Below, one piece after another: positions 24,492 through 32,042 of a stretch of DNA of 39,612 nt. The stretch lies in the IMG/VR virus record IMGVR_UViG_3300021449_000180; one strand, 5' to 3'. Origin of the DNA: a virus. The position numbers and the translations under genes were made by a program. Positions within the stretch are counted from its first letter, which is position 1; each line of letters opens with the position of its first letter. The notes under the pieces are model-generated. The model had not been told where the DNA came from. It was given only the letters and a program-made list of their open reading frames with translations, and made no database searches.

Positions 24492-25594
24492 GCGTCGATA
24501 GGGTCGGCGTCGTCGTTGTTCAGTAACGGTTCGGCGTGGCCCTGCCGGGGGTCGTAGCCAGCAGCGGCCAGGGCGTCGATGATGTCCTGGGTTGCTGGCG
24601 TCGACCCCAGGTCGACCTGATTCGCTGCGGCGGCGATGGACTTCAGGTCGTTGTAACTCCCCTGGTCGCTGTACCACGCTTCCCAGGCCGACGTCCGGGC
24701 TTCGACGCCGACGTCGGCGTCAGCGGGGGCGGCTTCGACATCGCGGCCATCTTTATCGCTGGGGACGACCGTCTCCGGGTCGCTTCCCCCAGGGGTCGCG
24801 TCGACGTCAGCCGCTGCGTCGTCGCTGTCGCGGAACCGGCCCAGGCCGGTGTCGTCTTCGTGCGACCGCGGCGGTTCGATGTCGACGACGTCCAGGGTCC
24901 CCGCGGCGGCGTGATCCTGGACGTACTCCGGGACCGTCCCGTCTTCGTGCTGGGTGTAGACGACTTCCTGAAGATAGGCATACCCGATGACCGCCCACCC
25001 GACGTCGGTGTCGGGATGGATGACCCAGACGCGCGTGATCCCGGGTTCAACGACGGGCGGGGCCTGCCGCTTCGACAGCGGGATGGCTTTCGATATACCC
25101 AACGTGACGGCTTCGTCAATGAAGTCCCCCGGGTCAGGGTAGTGGGTCTTCCCGGCCCGCATCAGGATGTCGGCGTGCGGTCGCTTCCCGTGCGCCGCCA
25201 GGTCGATTTCCCCGAAGTGATCAGCGTCGAAACGGCGGGCGTCCAGCCGGTCGACGTGCCGCCGGGCTTCACTCCCCGGTGTGGCGTCCGGGCTGTCGTA
25301 CAGGCCCTTGTCGACCATGTTCTGGACGGCTGTCGTGTCGGTCGCGTCGCCGGGGTATTCGCGGACGAAGTCCGATAGGTCGTCCAGCGCGAACTGGGAC
25401 GACAGGCCGTCGAACCGCAGGTACCCCCGCGTGAATTGGCCGTCAGTCCCCATTTCGCGGTACGGTACTGGCGGGTCCAGGCGGACGAACGACGGGAGGA
25501 CGCCGTCGGGGCTGCCGATGACGCCCCGGATGTACGCCTTCCCGTGCGACAGGAACCCGCATCCGCGTTCGACGTTCGCTATGGTTCTGGTCAT
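24488..25594 (-). CDS. Conserved-looking protein of unknown function next to PCNA (candidate replication protein)
   Basis: 368 aa, the largest early product. N-terminus MTRTIANVERGCGFLSHGKAYIRG. The globular part is about 250 aa, followed by an acidic linker and a small C-terminal domain. No catalytic motif recognised. Confidence 0.6.
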   Translation of the reverse strand: MTRTIANVERGCGFLSHGKAYIRGVIGSPDGVLPSFVRLDPPVPYREMGTDGQFTRGYLRFDGLSSQFALDDLSDFVREYPGDATDTTAVQNMVDKGLYDSPDATPGSEARRHVDRLDARRFDADHFGEIDLAAHGKRPHADILMRAGKTHYPDPGDFIDEAVTLGISKAIPLSKRQAPPVVEPGITRVWVIHPDTDVGWAVIGYAYLQEVVYTQHEDGTVPEYVQDHAAAGTLDVVDIEPPRSHEDDTGLGRFRDSDDAAADVDATPGGSDPETVVPSDKDGRDVEAAPADADVGVEARTSAWEAWYSDQGSYNDLKSIAAAANQVDLGSTPATQDIIDALAAAGYDPRQGHAEPLLNNDDADPIDA

Positions 25595-25602
25595 CGTTCG
25601 AT

Positions 25603-26505
25603 TTACTCCGACTGAATCCGCGGGGCCAAGAGGAACTGGCCTGACGCGTTCCAGTCGGCGTGATTGAACTGTAGCATCGTCGGGTATTCGATCCCGAACT
25701 TCAGGGTGACGCGGTCCATCTTCGACCGCTTCAACCCCTTCGTCATGTCCCGCAGGTAGTCCAGGCTGAACAGCGAACCCTGGCCGTCACCGTCTTCAGC
25801 GCCCTCTATCCAGGCGGCGTTCGGGAAGACCGCGGTGTCGGCGCGGTCGTCGCTGTCGCTGTCAGCTAACTGGACGTCCCTGGACATGGTTGATCCGACG
25901 ACCAGCGCCGATCCGTCGATGGCAACGCCGGCGTGGTCGTGGCCGTCCGTCAGCGACTTCACGGCGTCGTTCAGCGCGTCGATCCCGGGCGTCGCCCGAA
26001 ACGGCAGGTCGATCCCGGGGACGTCTGGTTCGTCGCGCACGGCGTCGGGGTCGATCAGGCTGAACACGGTGACGCGCTTCATCTGCTGGTCCGGCCTGAT
26101 GACGGCGACGCGCATCCGCGGGACGTCACCCCGGGGGTCCAGGATGTCGATGCGGACGGGGTCGTCGTCCGGCATCCGGGCGAACGACAACGCGGACGTC
26201 AACGTGTCGAAGTTGACGCCGACGGTGACGTCGCGGTTGACCTGGAAGCCGCTGAACCCGTCCGCGTGGACCGTCAGATCGATCATGCCGACGTTCGCCG
26301 GGTCGACCGCAGTGATCGACAGGCCGTCCGGGTCGACGTTCAGTTTCGCCTCTTTGACCAGCGCGGTCGGGAGCCGTAGAAGGGACCGGATCGGTTTCCC
26401 GGTCGTGGCGAACGCCGCGGCGCTGTCGTCCGGGGCGTCGAACCCTAAGTCGTCGCCGGTGTCTTCCGGGACCTGCGTTCTCCCCGCGTCAGGCATCGGC
26501 ATCAC
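25603..26505 (-). CDS. pcn: PCNA (DNA sliding clamp), archaeal type, with a ~45-aa N-terminal extension
   Basis: LNVDPDGLSITAVDPANVGMIDL..., SLFSLDYLRDMTKGL and the C-terminal FLLAPRIQSE match archaeal PCNA hallmarks. The likely ATG is at 26496. Confidence 0.8.
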   Translation of the reverse strand: MMPMPDAGRTQVPEDTGDDLGFDAPDDSAAAFATTGKPIRSLLRLPTALVKEAKLNVDPDGLSITAVDPANVGMIDLTVHADGFSGFQVNRDVTVGVNFDTLTSALSFARMPDDDPVRIDILDPRGDVPRMRVAVIRPDQQMKRVTVFSLIDPDAVRDEPDVPGIDLPFRATPGIDALNDAVKSLTDGHDHAGVAIDGSALVVGSTMSRDVQLADSDSDDRADTAVFPNAAWIEGAEDGDGQGSLFSLDYLRDMTKGLKRSKMDRVTLKFGIEYPTMLQFNHADWNASGQFLLAPRIQSE

Positions 26506-26854
26506 CCTGGGGGACGACGCCCTTCGCGTGGCGTTCGCCGGTCTTCGATATGACGACGTCGACGGTGTCGCCGACCGCCAGGTGCTGGTTGTCGGTGTTC
26601 TGGATGAACGTAGCGACGCCGTCGATGCGGCCCATCGGGTCGCCTTTCTTCGTGTTCGTTCCGTCGTCTTCGATGACGGCTTCGTAGGTCGTGCCGACGG
26701 TGAGGACGTCGTCGACGTTCGACACCTTCTGGCCGTTCGGCAGGGCTTCGACCGTCGACCGGAGGTCGTCCAGTTCGGTGGTGACCGTCACCTGTAGGTC
26801 GTCGATTCGATTCAGCAAGTCGTCCGTCGTGACGTGATCGTCAGGTCCTTCCAT
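26489..26854 (-). CDS. TRAM-domain protein
   Basis: 121 aa. KGDPMGRIDGVATFIQNTDNQHLAVGDTVDVVISKTGERHAKGVV fits the TRAM beta-barrel pattern (G.g.a.idG...fi....vGd.v.v.i.k....a.a). Confidence 0.5.
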   Translation of the reverse strand: MEGPDDHVTTDDLLNRIDDLQVTVTTELDDLRSTVEALPNGQKVSNVDDVLTVGTTYEAVIEDDGTNTKKGDPMGRIDGVATFIQNTDNQHLAVGDTVDVVISKTGERHAKGVVPQGDADA

Positions 26855-26856
26855 AG

Positions 26857-27444
26857 CTATAGGGGTCCGCTGTCGCTGTAGCCGAAGGTTGCGTCTAAGA
26901 GGACGATGCGGCCAGCGTCGGCGTCGATGCCGATGACGTCCCAGGGGCCGACGCCGACGTACCGTTGGCCCAGCCGGCGGACGGCGGTGACGCTGACGTC
27001 AGGGTCGCAGGTGACGGTCAGTTCCGTCGGTCGCGTGCGGCGAACGGTGTAGTCGCCTGCTGGGCGGTCTTCGTCGATGACCGCCGCGGCGCTTTCGGTG
27101 GACTGGGCGACCGCGTGCCGCTGCCGTCGATCCAGGCGTTCGATGATGTCGTCCTGGATGGCGTCCGGGTCGGTCAGCGTGACGAAGGTCGCGGAGCCAA
27201 CGCCGTCACGCCGGCACTCCGGGCAAACCCCCGACCGTTCGATGCGGCCCGCCGCTGATCGGCCTGTCTGGGGCGACAGCGGCGTGCCGCACCGGTGACA
27301 GTCGTACTCCATCGGCGTCCCCGTTCGCGGCGTTACGTTCTCCGTGTCGGTGCCGGCGTCGTCGTGGGCGTCCAGTTGGTCGGTGATCATATCGACGTGT
27401 GCGTCGCGGGTCGGGATGTCGTCGGGGTCAGTCATCGTCATCAC
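26857..27444 (-). CDS. Zinc-ribbon protein, paralogous N-terminus to 20777-21094
   Basis: 195-aa track ORF. The likely start is MTDPDDIPTRD (ATG 27435). It contains CHRCGTPLSPQTGRSAAGRIERSGVCPEC. Confidence 0.6.
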   Translation of the reverse strand: MMTMTDPDDIPTRDAHVDMITDQLDAHDDAGTDTENVTPRTGTPMEYDCHRCGTPLSPQTGRSAAGRIERSGVCPECRRDGVGSATFVTLTDPDAIQDDIIERLDRRQRHAVAQSTESAAAVIDEDRPAGDYTVRRTRPTELTVTCDPDVSVTAVRRLGQRYVGVGPWDVIGIDADAGRIVLLDATFGYSDSGPL

Positions 27445-27697
27445 CGTCCAGGTCGCCCGGCTGGACCCGACGCGCCAGGTCGACGACAGCCGCTTCGGGC
27501 GGGTGGTCGCCAGTCAGATATTCCATGCCCTGTCGGTGGTAGTGCGCCGCTTCGTCGAACGTCGCGCCCTTCGCCTTCAGGATGTGTTTATCCTGGTCCC
27601 TGGTCCCGGTGCCGCGCTTCAGTTCCGTCGTGATGCTGACCCCGTGGTCGGTGCGTTTCACTTCCTGCTGGTCAATGTCGTCAGTGTCGTCAGTCAT
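27428..27697 (-). CDS. Hypothetical protein
   Basis: 89-aa ORF with ATGA overlap to the upstream small gene. Confidence 0.55.
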   Translation of the reverse strand: MTDDTDDIDQQEVKRTDHGVSITTELKRGTGTRDQDKHILKAKGATFDEAAHYHRQGMEYLTGDHPPEAAVVDLARRVQPGDLDGDDDD

Positions 27698-27864
27698 GGT
27701 TGTAGTCGCTGTTGGGTCTGTTCACGCCGCCGTCTGCGGCGGTGTCGATTCAATTCCCGCAGGGCGTCGATGGGCTTCAGGTCCCGGAAGTCGGGGTGCC
27801 AGTAGACGATGATCATGTCCTGCCAGAAGTCTTCGCGGTCGCGGCGGCTGGACCACTTCGACAT
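27694..27864 (-). CDS. Small basic protein (56 aa, below the ORF-track cutoff)
   Basis: Hand translation gives MSKWSSRRDREDFWQDMIIVYWHPDFRDLKPIDALRELNRHRRRRRREQTQQRLQP. It exactly fills the gap between two genes, and its stop overlaps the next ATG. Confidence 0.45.
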   Translation of the reverse strand: MSKWSSRRDREDFWQDMIIVYWHPDFRDLKPIDALRELNRHRRRRRREQTQQRLQP

Positions 27865-27867
27865 CGG

Positions 27868-28221
27868 TTAGCTCCCGTCAGGGAAGAACGTCGACTCAAA
27901 CCGGGACTGGTCCATCCCGTCCTGGCGGCGTTCGTCGTCACGTTCCAGCGTCGCGCGAAGGTCATCGACGTCGTGGCTGTCGCAGTAGGGGAGTGCGTCC
28001 AGGTCGTCGACGTGGTCGACGAACGCCGACCGTCGACGCCCCGGAACGGGCGGGTTACAGACGATGCAGTAGTCCCGGTCATCACCGCGTCGGCGGCGGC
28101 AGAAGGCGTGGTGGCCGTCAGCCTGCCGTCGCCCGCAGTCCGGGCATTTCGGCCCGGACATCGCCCGGTCGATGTCGCTGGGCGTACAGCCCGGCGGCAG
28201 CCGTGGATACCGGTCTTTCAT
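27868..28221 (-). CDS. Zinc-finger protein
   Basis: 117 aa from ATG 28221, with ATGA overlap. It contains CPDCGRRQADGHHAFC and CIVC...C. Confidence 0.55.
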   Translation of the reverse strand: MKDRYPRLPPGCTPSDIDRAMSGPKCPDCGRRQADGHHAFCRRRRGDDRDYCIVCNPPVPGRRRSAFVDHVDDLDALPYCDSHDVDDLRATLERDDERRQDGMDQSRFESTFFPDGS

Positions 28222-28517
28222 GGCGTGGTCCCGGTGACGCGTAGATGCCGCGTCCACCCATCGTCGTCGGGTTTCTCTAAGAGTAGGCGGTCGTCATCGT
28301 CGTCGACCGCCCGCAGCCGGTACCTGGTCTGTCCGCGGGGTGACTTGATGATCAGCGCGACGCCGTCGCGCGTCGTCCGTCGGTCCAGGACCACCGCGTT
28401 GTCGATGTACCGGGACAGCGCCAGGGTGTCGCCCTCTTGAGCGTCCGCGATGACGGCATCCTGGGCGCGACCCTGGTTCATCCAGTCCTGGCTGTCTTCG
28501 TGCGTCGTGTCCATCAT
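28218..28517 (-). CDS. Hypothetical protein
   Basis: 99-aa ORF. Its start abuts the stop of the first early gene. Confidence 0.55.
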   Translation of the reverse strand: MMDTTHEDSQDWMNQGRAQDAVIADAQEGDTLALSRYIDNAVVLDRRTTRDGVALIIKSPRGQTRYRLRAVDDDDDRLLLEKPDDDGWTRHLRVTGTTP

Positions 28518-28889
28518 TTAGTAGGGAGTGCGGCGCTGGCGGGCCACTTCGCGCTGGTTACAGTTGTGACAGGCGATCTGTTCGCCTGTGGTGTCGCCCC
28601 GGAACCAGCCAACGGGGCTGTTGTCGTCGCTGTCGTCCGGTTCTGAACACAATGGACACATGAAGTGTCGTCGTCCGCAGTTGGGACAGTCGAACCGGAG
28701 CGCGGACTGTTGGAACCGATCCCGCAGGTCGTTCCCGCGGTCGTCCGCGCCGGACAGGTGCTGTACGTACCGACCGTGTTCTTCGAAGGTCAGGCTGGTC
28801 GGGTCGGCGTCGGTATCGTCGATGTCGACGTCCAGGTCGTCGCGGTCGTCGTGGAAGCATCGAACCGTCTTCCCGTTGTGTGCTGACAT
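28518..28889 (-). CDS. Zinc-ribbon protein, first gene of the early block
   Basis: 123 aa with three CxxC pairs (CPNC, CPLC, CHNC). It is preceded by the 860-nt ORF-free region. Confidence 0.6.
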   Translation of the reverse strand: MSAHNGKTVRCFHDDRDDLDVDIDDTDADPTSLTFEEHGRYVQHLSGADDRGNDLRDRFQQSALRFDCPNCGRRHFMCPLCSEPDDSDDNSPVGWFRGDTTGEQIACHNCNQREVARQRRTPY

Positions 28890-29012
28890 CGTTCGGTCCT
28901 GTGCGCCAGCGGTGTCGGCCTGGCGCGGGCCGACCGCCCCGCCAGTCGCCCCGACCCGTCGCGGGCCAGGGCGAAGGGCGGTCTGACGGCAGAACCGTCT
29001 GTTGATTCACCC

Positions 29013-29020
29013 CTTATAGA
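29013..29020 (-). promoter_or_regulatory. TCTATAAG box (candidate early promoter, proximal)
   Basis: The coding strand reads GTGTTCTATAAGGGGTG, about 127 nt upstream of the first early ATG (28889). The same octamer recurs at 29504-29511. Confidence 0.35.
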
Positions 29021-29503
29021 ACACGTGTCGTCGGTGCGTTCAGCGGGACCTGAACGCGCGATGGGGTCCGCCGCGCCCTACGGCCAAGGGGGTCGACCTG
29101 CGGGCGCTGGGCCAGTCGCCTGTAACAGCAGTTGAAGCCCGATGTCGCGCCGCCCGGAAGTTCCCGTCACCTGTTGCGTCATCCCCCAGGACAGGGGTCG
29201 GCGTCATCGGGTCGCCCGGTCAATCCGTGGGCGGCGCGGTGTGATGCGTCCGACATCCCGCGGCAGAAATGTGGCCCGGAGCGTCGGGGGCGGGCTGGTC
29301 GACGTCGCGGCGTGACGCCAGGAAGCCCGGGGGCGGCCCGATTATCGACGTCATCTAGAAGCCCCAACCGCCGATGGCGCGATGCCAGTCTGCGACCAGG
29401 TCCGCCCCGCCAGGTGACGCGCCCCACGTACTGTGTCCCCGCGGGGCCAGGGTGGCTATCAGATGTGTCGCCAGTTCCTACCCCCACCTTCGAAGGTTAG
29501 CCA

Positions 29504-29511
29504 CTTATAGA
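29504..29511 (-). promoter_or_regulatory. TCTATAAG box (candidate early promoter, distal; could also fire on the plus strand)
   Basis: The coding strand reads GAATCTATAAGTGGCT. It is an A/T box in otherwise GC-rich non-coding DNA. Confidence 0.3.
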
Positions 29512-29598
29512 TTCGGGTGACTTTCGAAACCCATGATGGCGACCGCAGGCGCGGTCCTTTAGTCACTGCACGGCCTACGCATGGGTGGGTCGCGGGTC

Positions 29599-29617
29599 GA
29601 TTCGAACGGTTCGAATC
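29599..29617. repeat. 19-nt perfect palindrome GATTCGAAC-G-GTTCGAATC
   Basis: Read directly. It is part of a cluster of four TTCGAA sites at 29489, 29523, 29601 and 29610. Confidence 0.8.
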
Positions 29618-29726
29618 CATCAGCCCCGCCAGGCGGCCCGCACCCCGCTTCTGGACGTCACGTTACCCAGGCCGACGCCCAACCACCGACCCACCATCGA
29701 ACACGGACAGCGCCGCCAGCAGCCCC

Positions 29727-29744
29727 GCCAGCGCCGACGCTGGC
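29727..29744 (-). terminator. Hairpin just after the last late gene (7-bp stem GCCAGCG/CGCTGGC, 4-nt loop)
   Basis: It lies 9 nt downstream of the tail gene stop at 29753. No clear oligo-T tract follows. Confidence 0.3.
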
Positions 29745-29752
29745 GGCACGGC

Positions 29753-31699
29753 TTAGATGCCTTTTCGCGTGCGGTCGATAGCCCGACCCTGATTGATCAC
29801 GGTCCCGGTGACGTCATCCTCCTGGACGAACTTCAGCCGCCCCCGGAGTTGATTCGGGCCTTCCTGGAACTGGACGCGTTCCAACGGCGTATCCGTCCGG
29901 GACCCGTCAGCGAACCAGTCCACCGGATAGGAGTACCCCGGCAGCGTCGTCGTCGGCAGCGAACTGACGGTCCCGCGTTGTTCGCGGGCGTCGACCTTCT
30001 TGGATAAGATGTCGACAGCAGCGTACCTGATCTGTTCGACCGTCGTCAGGTCCGGTAACACTTCGAAATACGACTCCCGGCCATAGTCGGTGACTTCGTC
30101 CGTGTCTTCGACAGTCACCACCGGCCTGGTCCCATCGACGGCCAGCGCCCCGTAGACTGTCACTTCGTTCGCGTAGTCGACGAACGACAACCGTGGGCTG
30201 CGGTTCACGACGGTCCAGTCTTTCGGCTTCTTGATCGCGCCGGTTTCGAAGCTTTCAACCTGTTTAACCAGGTTCCCCTGGTCATCGGTCGCGGCGTGGT
30301 CGATCACGAACCGGAAGCCCGCCTTTTCATGCAGGTCCGTCAGGATCGACAGGGGGCTGCCCCTGTACGTCTGGTTTTCGATGATCGATACGTCGCTGCC
30401 GTCGTAAGAGAGCCGGTACTGTTCGATAGCCGCCGGCTCATAGTTCTCCGTCGGGCTGGCTGTCGACCGGGTCGCGGACGTCGCGCCGATGTCGATCACG
30501 GCCTGAAGCCGCGTCCCGATGTCGCCGCTGAACCCCGTCGTGATGGCCGTTGTGTCCGTTGATGACGCGTCCTGCGGGTACCACGGCCCGTCGTTCAGTC
30601 GGGCCTGTAGGACGTCAGCGGACGCGCCCTGGGTCATGGTGATGTCAACCGATGCCTGTTCGACGTTGAAATCCAGGTTTTCCTCCGGCAACGCCAACAC
30701 GTCCTTCGACACCTGCGGCGTCAACTGGTCAGGGTACAGCCCGGGGCCGGCCAGGTAGCCGTCGGCGTCGACGCTGCCGTCGAACGTCGGGCTATAGCGG
30801 CTGTCGTAGACGTACATCGCGTCGACGTTCATCGGTTCGCTGGTTTCGGTCACGTCGATTTCAGCCTGATGCGATCCACTGGACAGTTCACTACTCCGCG
30901 CAGACGTGGTCCGCCACTGAAGTCCGCTTGTGTAGGCGTCAGCGAAGACGCTTTCGACCGTTTCCCCACCGACGGTGATGTCGAACGCCGGGTGGGTGCC
31001 GTCGACGGCGTTCACCCTGAAGGCGAACCGGGCGTCGCCTGCCGGGATGGTGTAGTCGGTGGTGAAGTCAAACCGGAGGTCGCCGGCGATGTCCGCGACT
31101 TCCATCGCTTCCCCAGCCGAATACGCCGATCCGCTGACGACGCCGTTCCCACCACTGGCATCTTCCGCTTCCTGGAAGAACCCGATTTGGGCGGGCTTCA
31201 GTTCAACGCCGTCAGCGACCAGCGGCGCGGTCGGATCAACGCCTGCCAGCAGGCTGCTGAAGCTATCGCCGGCGGCGACCCGTTGAACGGTCGTGTCGGT
31301 GGTGACAGTGCTGCCGTCCTGGGTTCGCACGGTCGCGTCGAACCCGGTGTCCTGGGTCCAGACCTGCCGGATCGCTTCGTCCGTGCGTATGAGGCTGAAC
31401 GACCGTTCGATGGCACTATCTTTCAGGTCATCACCGATCCCAGGGCCGTTCAGCCGCACGCGGCCCCGTTTTTGATCCCAGTCCAGTTCGCGGAGATACC
31501 CCCTGAATAGTAGCGCGTCGGTTGCATAGACGCGACACGGCTTCAGGACGTGGTCTTTGATCGACCGATTGAACGGGATTTCGGCGTCGACGTCCGCCAG
31601 GGCGGTGTGCGGCTTTGCGATGTCGACCGTCACGACGTCGCTTTCAGTCAGCGTCGCATCTGGCGACCCTGCCGCTCCTAGTTCGATTCGGTAGGACAT
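29753..31699 (-). CDS. Large tail tip / baseplate structural protein
   Basis: 648 aa, the last gene of the tail block. It has a beta-rich composition; the call rests on size and position only. Confidence 0.5.
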   Translation of the reverse strand: MSYRIELGAAGSPDATLTESDVVTVDIAKPHTALADVDAEIPFNRSIKDHVLKPCRVYATDALLFRGYLRELDWDQKRGRVRLNGPGIGDDLKDSAIERSFSLIRTDEAIRQVWTQDTGFDATVRTQDGSTVTTDTTVQRVAAGDSFSSLLAGVDPTAPLVADGVELKPAQIGFFQEAEDASGGNGVVSGSAYSAGEAMEVADIAGDLRFDFTTDYTIPAGDARFAFRVNAVDGTHPAFDITVGGETVESVFADAYTSGLQWRTTSARSSELSSGSHQAEIDVTETSEPMNVDAMYVYDSRYSPTFDGSVDADGYLAGPGLYPDQLTPQVSKDVLALPEENLDFNVEQASVDITMTQGASADVLQARLNDGPWYPQDASSTDTTAITTGFSGDIGTRLQAVIDIGATSATRSTASPTENYEPAAIEQYRLSYDGSDVSIIENQTYRGSPLSILTDLHEKAGFRFVIDHAATDDQGNLVKQVESFETGAIKKPKDWTVVNRSPRLSFVDYANEVTVYGALAVDGTRPVVTVEDTDEVTDYGRESYFEVLPDLTTVEQIRYAAVDILSKKVDAREQRGTVSSLPTTTLPGYSYPVDWFADGSRTDTPLERVQFQEGPNQLRGRLKFVQEDDVTGTVINQGRAIDRTRKGI

Positions 31700-31714
31700 G
31701 ATGCCGGCGGGTGG

Positions 31715-31984
31715 TCAGTCAGACGTGGCGTCAGCGTCGTCGTCCGCGTCGTCGGGGGTGTCGTTCGTCATCAGCGCGTCGTCCGGGAGCGCGGCACCGG
31801 GCTGCGGGCCGACGGCGGCGCTGGCCTGCTGTTCGACCTGTTGGGTTCGCTGGTCGATGCGTTCCTGGGCGATAGCCGCCTCTGCCTGAAGCGACAGCCA
31901 GCCCTCCGCGTCGACGCCGGGCGGCACAACAGCGTCCAGGGTCCGGGCCAGCCCGTCGTCGATGTCGATTTCGAAGGTCGCCAT
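31715..31984 (-). CDS. Hypothetical acidic protein (tail module)
   Basis: 89-aa ORF between the 213-aa and 648-aa tail genes. Confidence 0.55.
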   Translation of the reverse strand: MATFEIDIDDGLARTLDAVVPPGVDAEGWLSLQAEAAIAQERIDQRTQQVEQQASAAVGPQPGAALPDDALMTNDTPDDADDDADATSD

Positions 31985-32042
31985 TACACAACCTCCGCAG
32001 CGGTCCGGGGCCGGTCAGTACCGTCGGGTAAGGTTGTTTGCA

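Larger units (their letters stand above)
28936..29731. repeat. Four dispersed copies of GCCCCGCCAG within the control region
   Basis: Exact 10-mers at 28936-28945, 29404-29413, 29623-29632 and 29722-29731; the first two extend to the 12-mer ccgccccgccag. GCCAGTCGCC also occurs twice (28941-28950, 29111-29120). Confidence 0.6.

Noticed and set aside
29220-29354. 44-aa minus-strand ORF (MTSIIGPPPGFLASRRDVDQ...) inside the control region
   Set aside because: It has no upstream GGTGA-type site or A/T box at the right distance, its composition is Pro/Ala/Arg-rich, and it contains the degenerate late-core copy. Its third-position G+C of roughly 79% does not rule it out, so it is noted but not called.
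29606-29635. tRNA-like 3' end (GGTTCGAATCC followed by ...AGCCCCGCC), which could mark a tRNA gene or an attP core
   Set aside because: No matching 5' acceptor strand, D-arm or anticodon arm lies upstream, and the 5' half of the T-stem does not pair. The GTTCGAATC is one arm of a 19-nt palindrome. No integrase gene was recognised, so an attP reading has no support.
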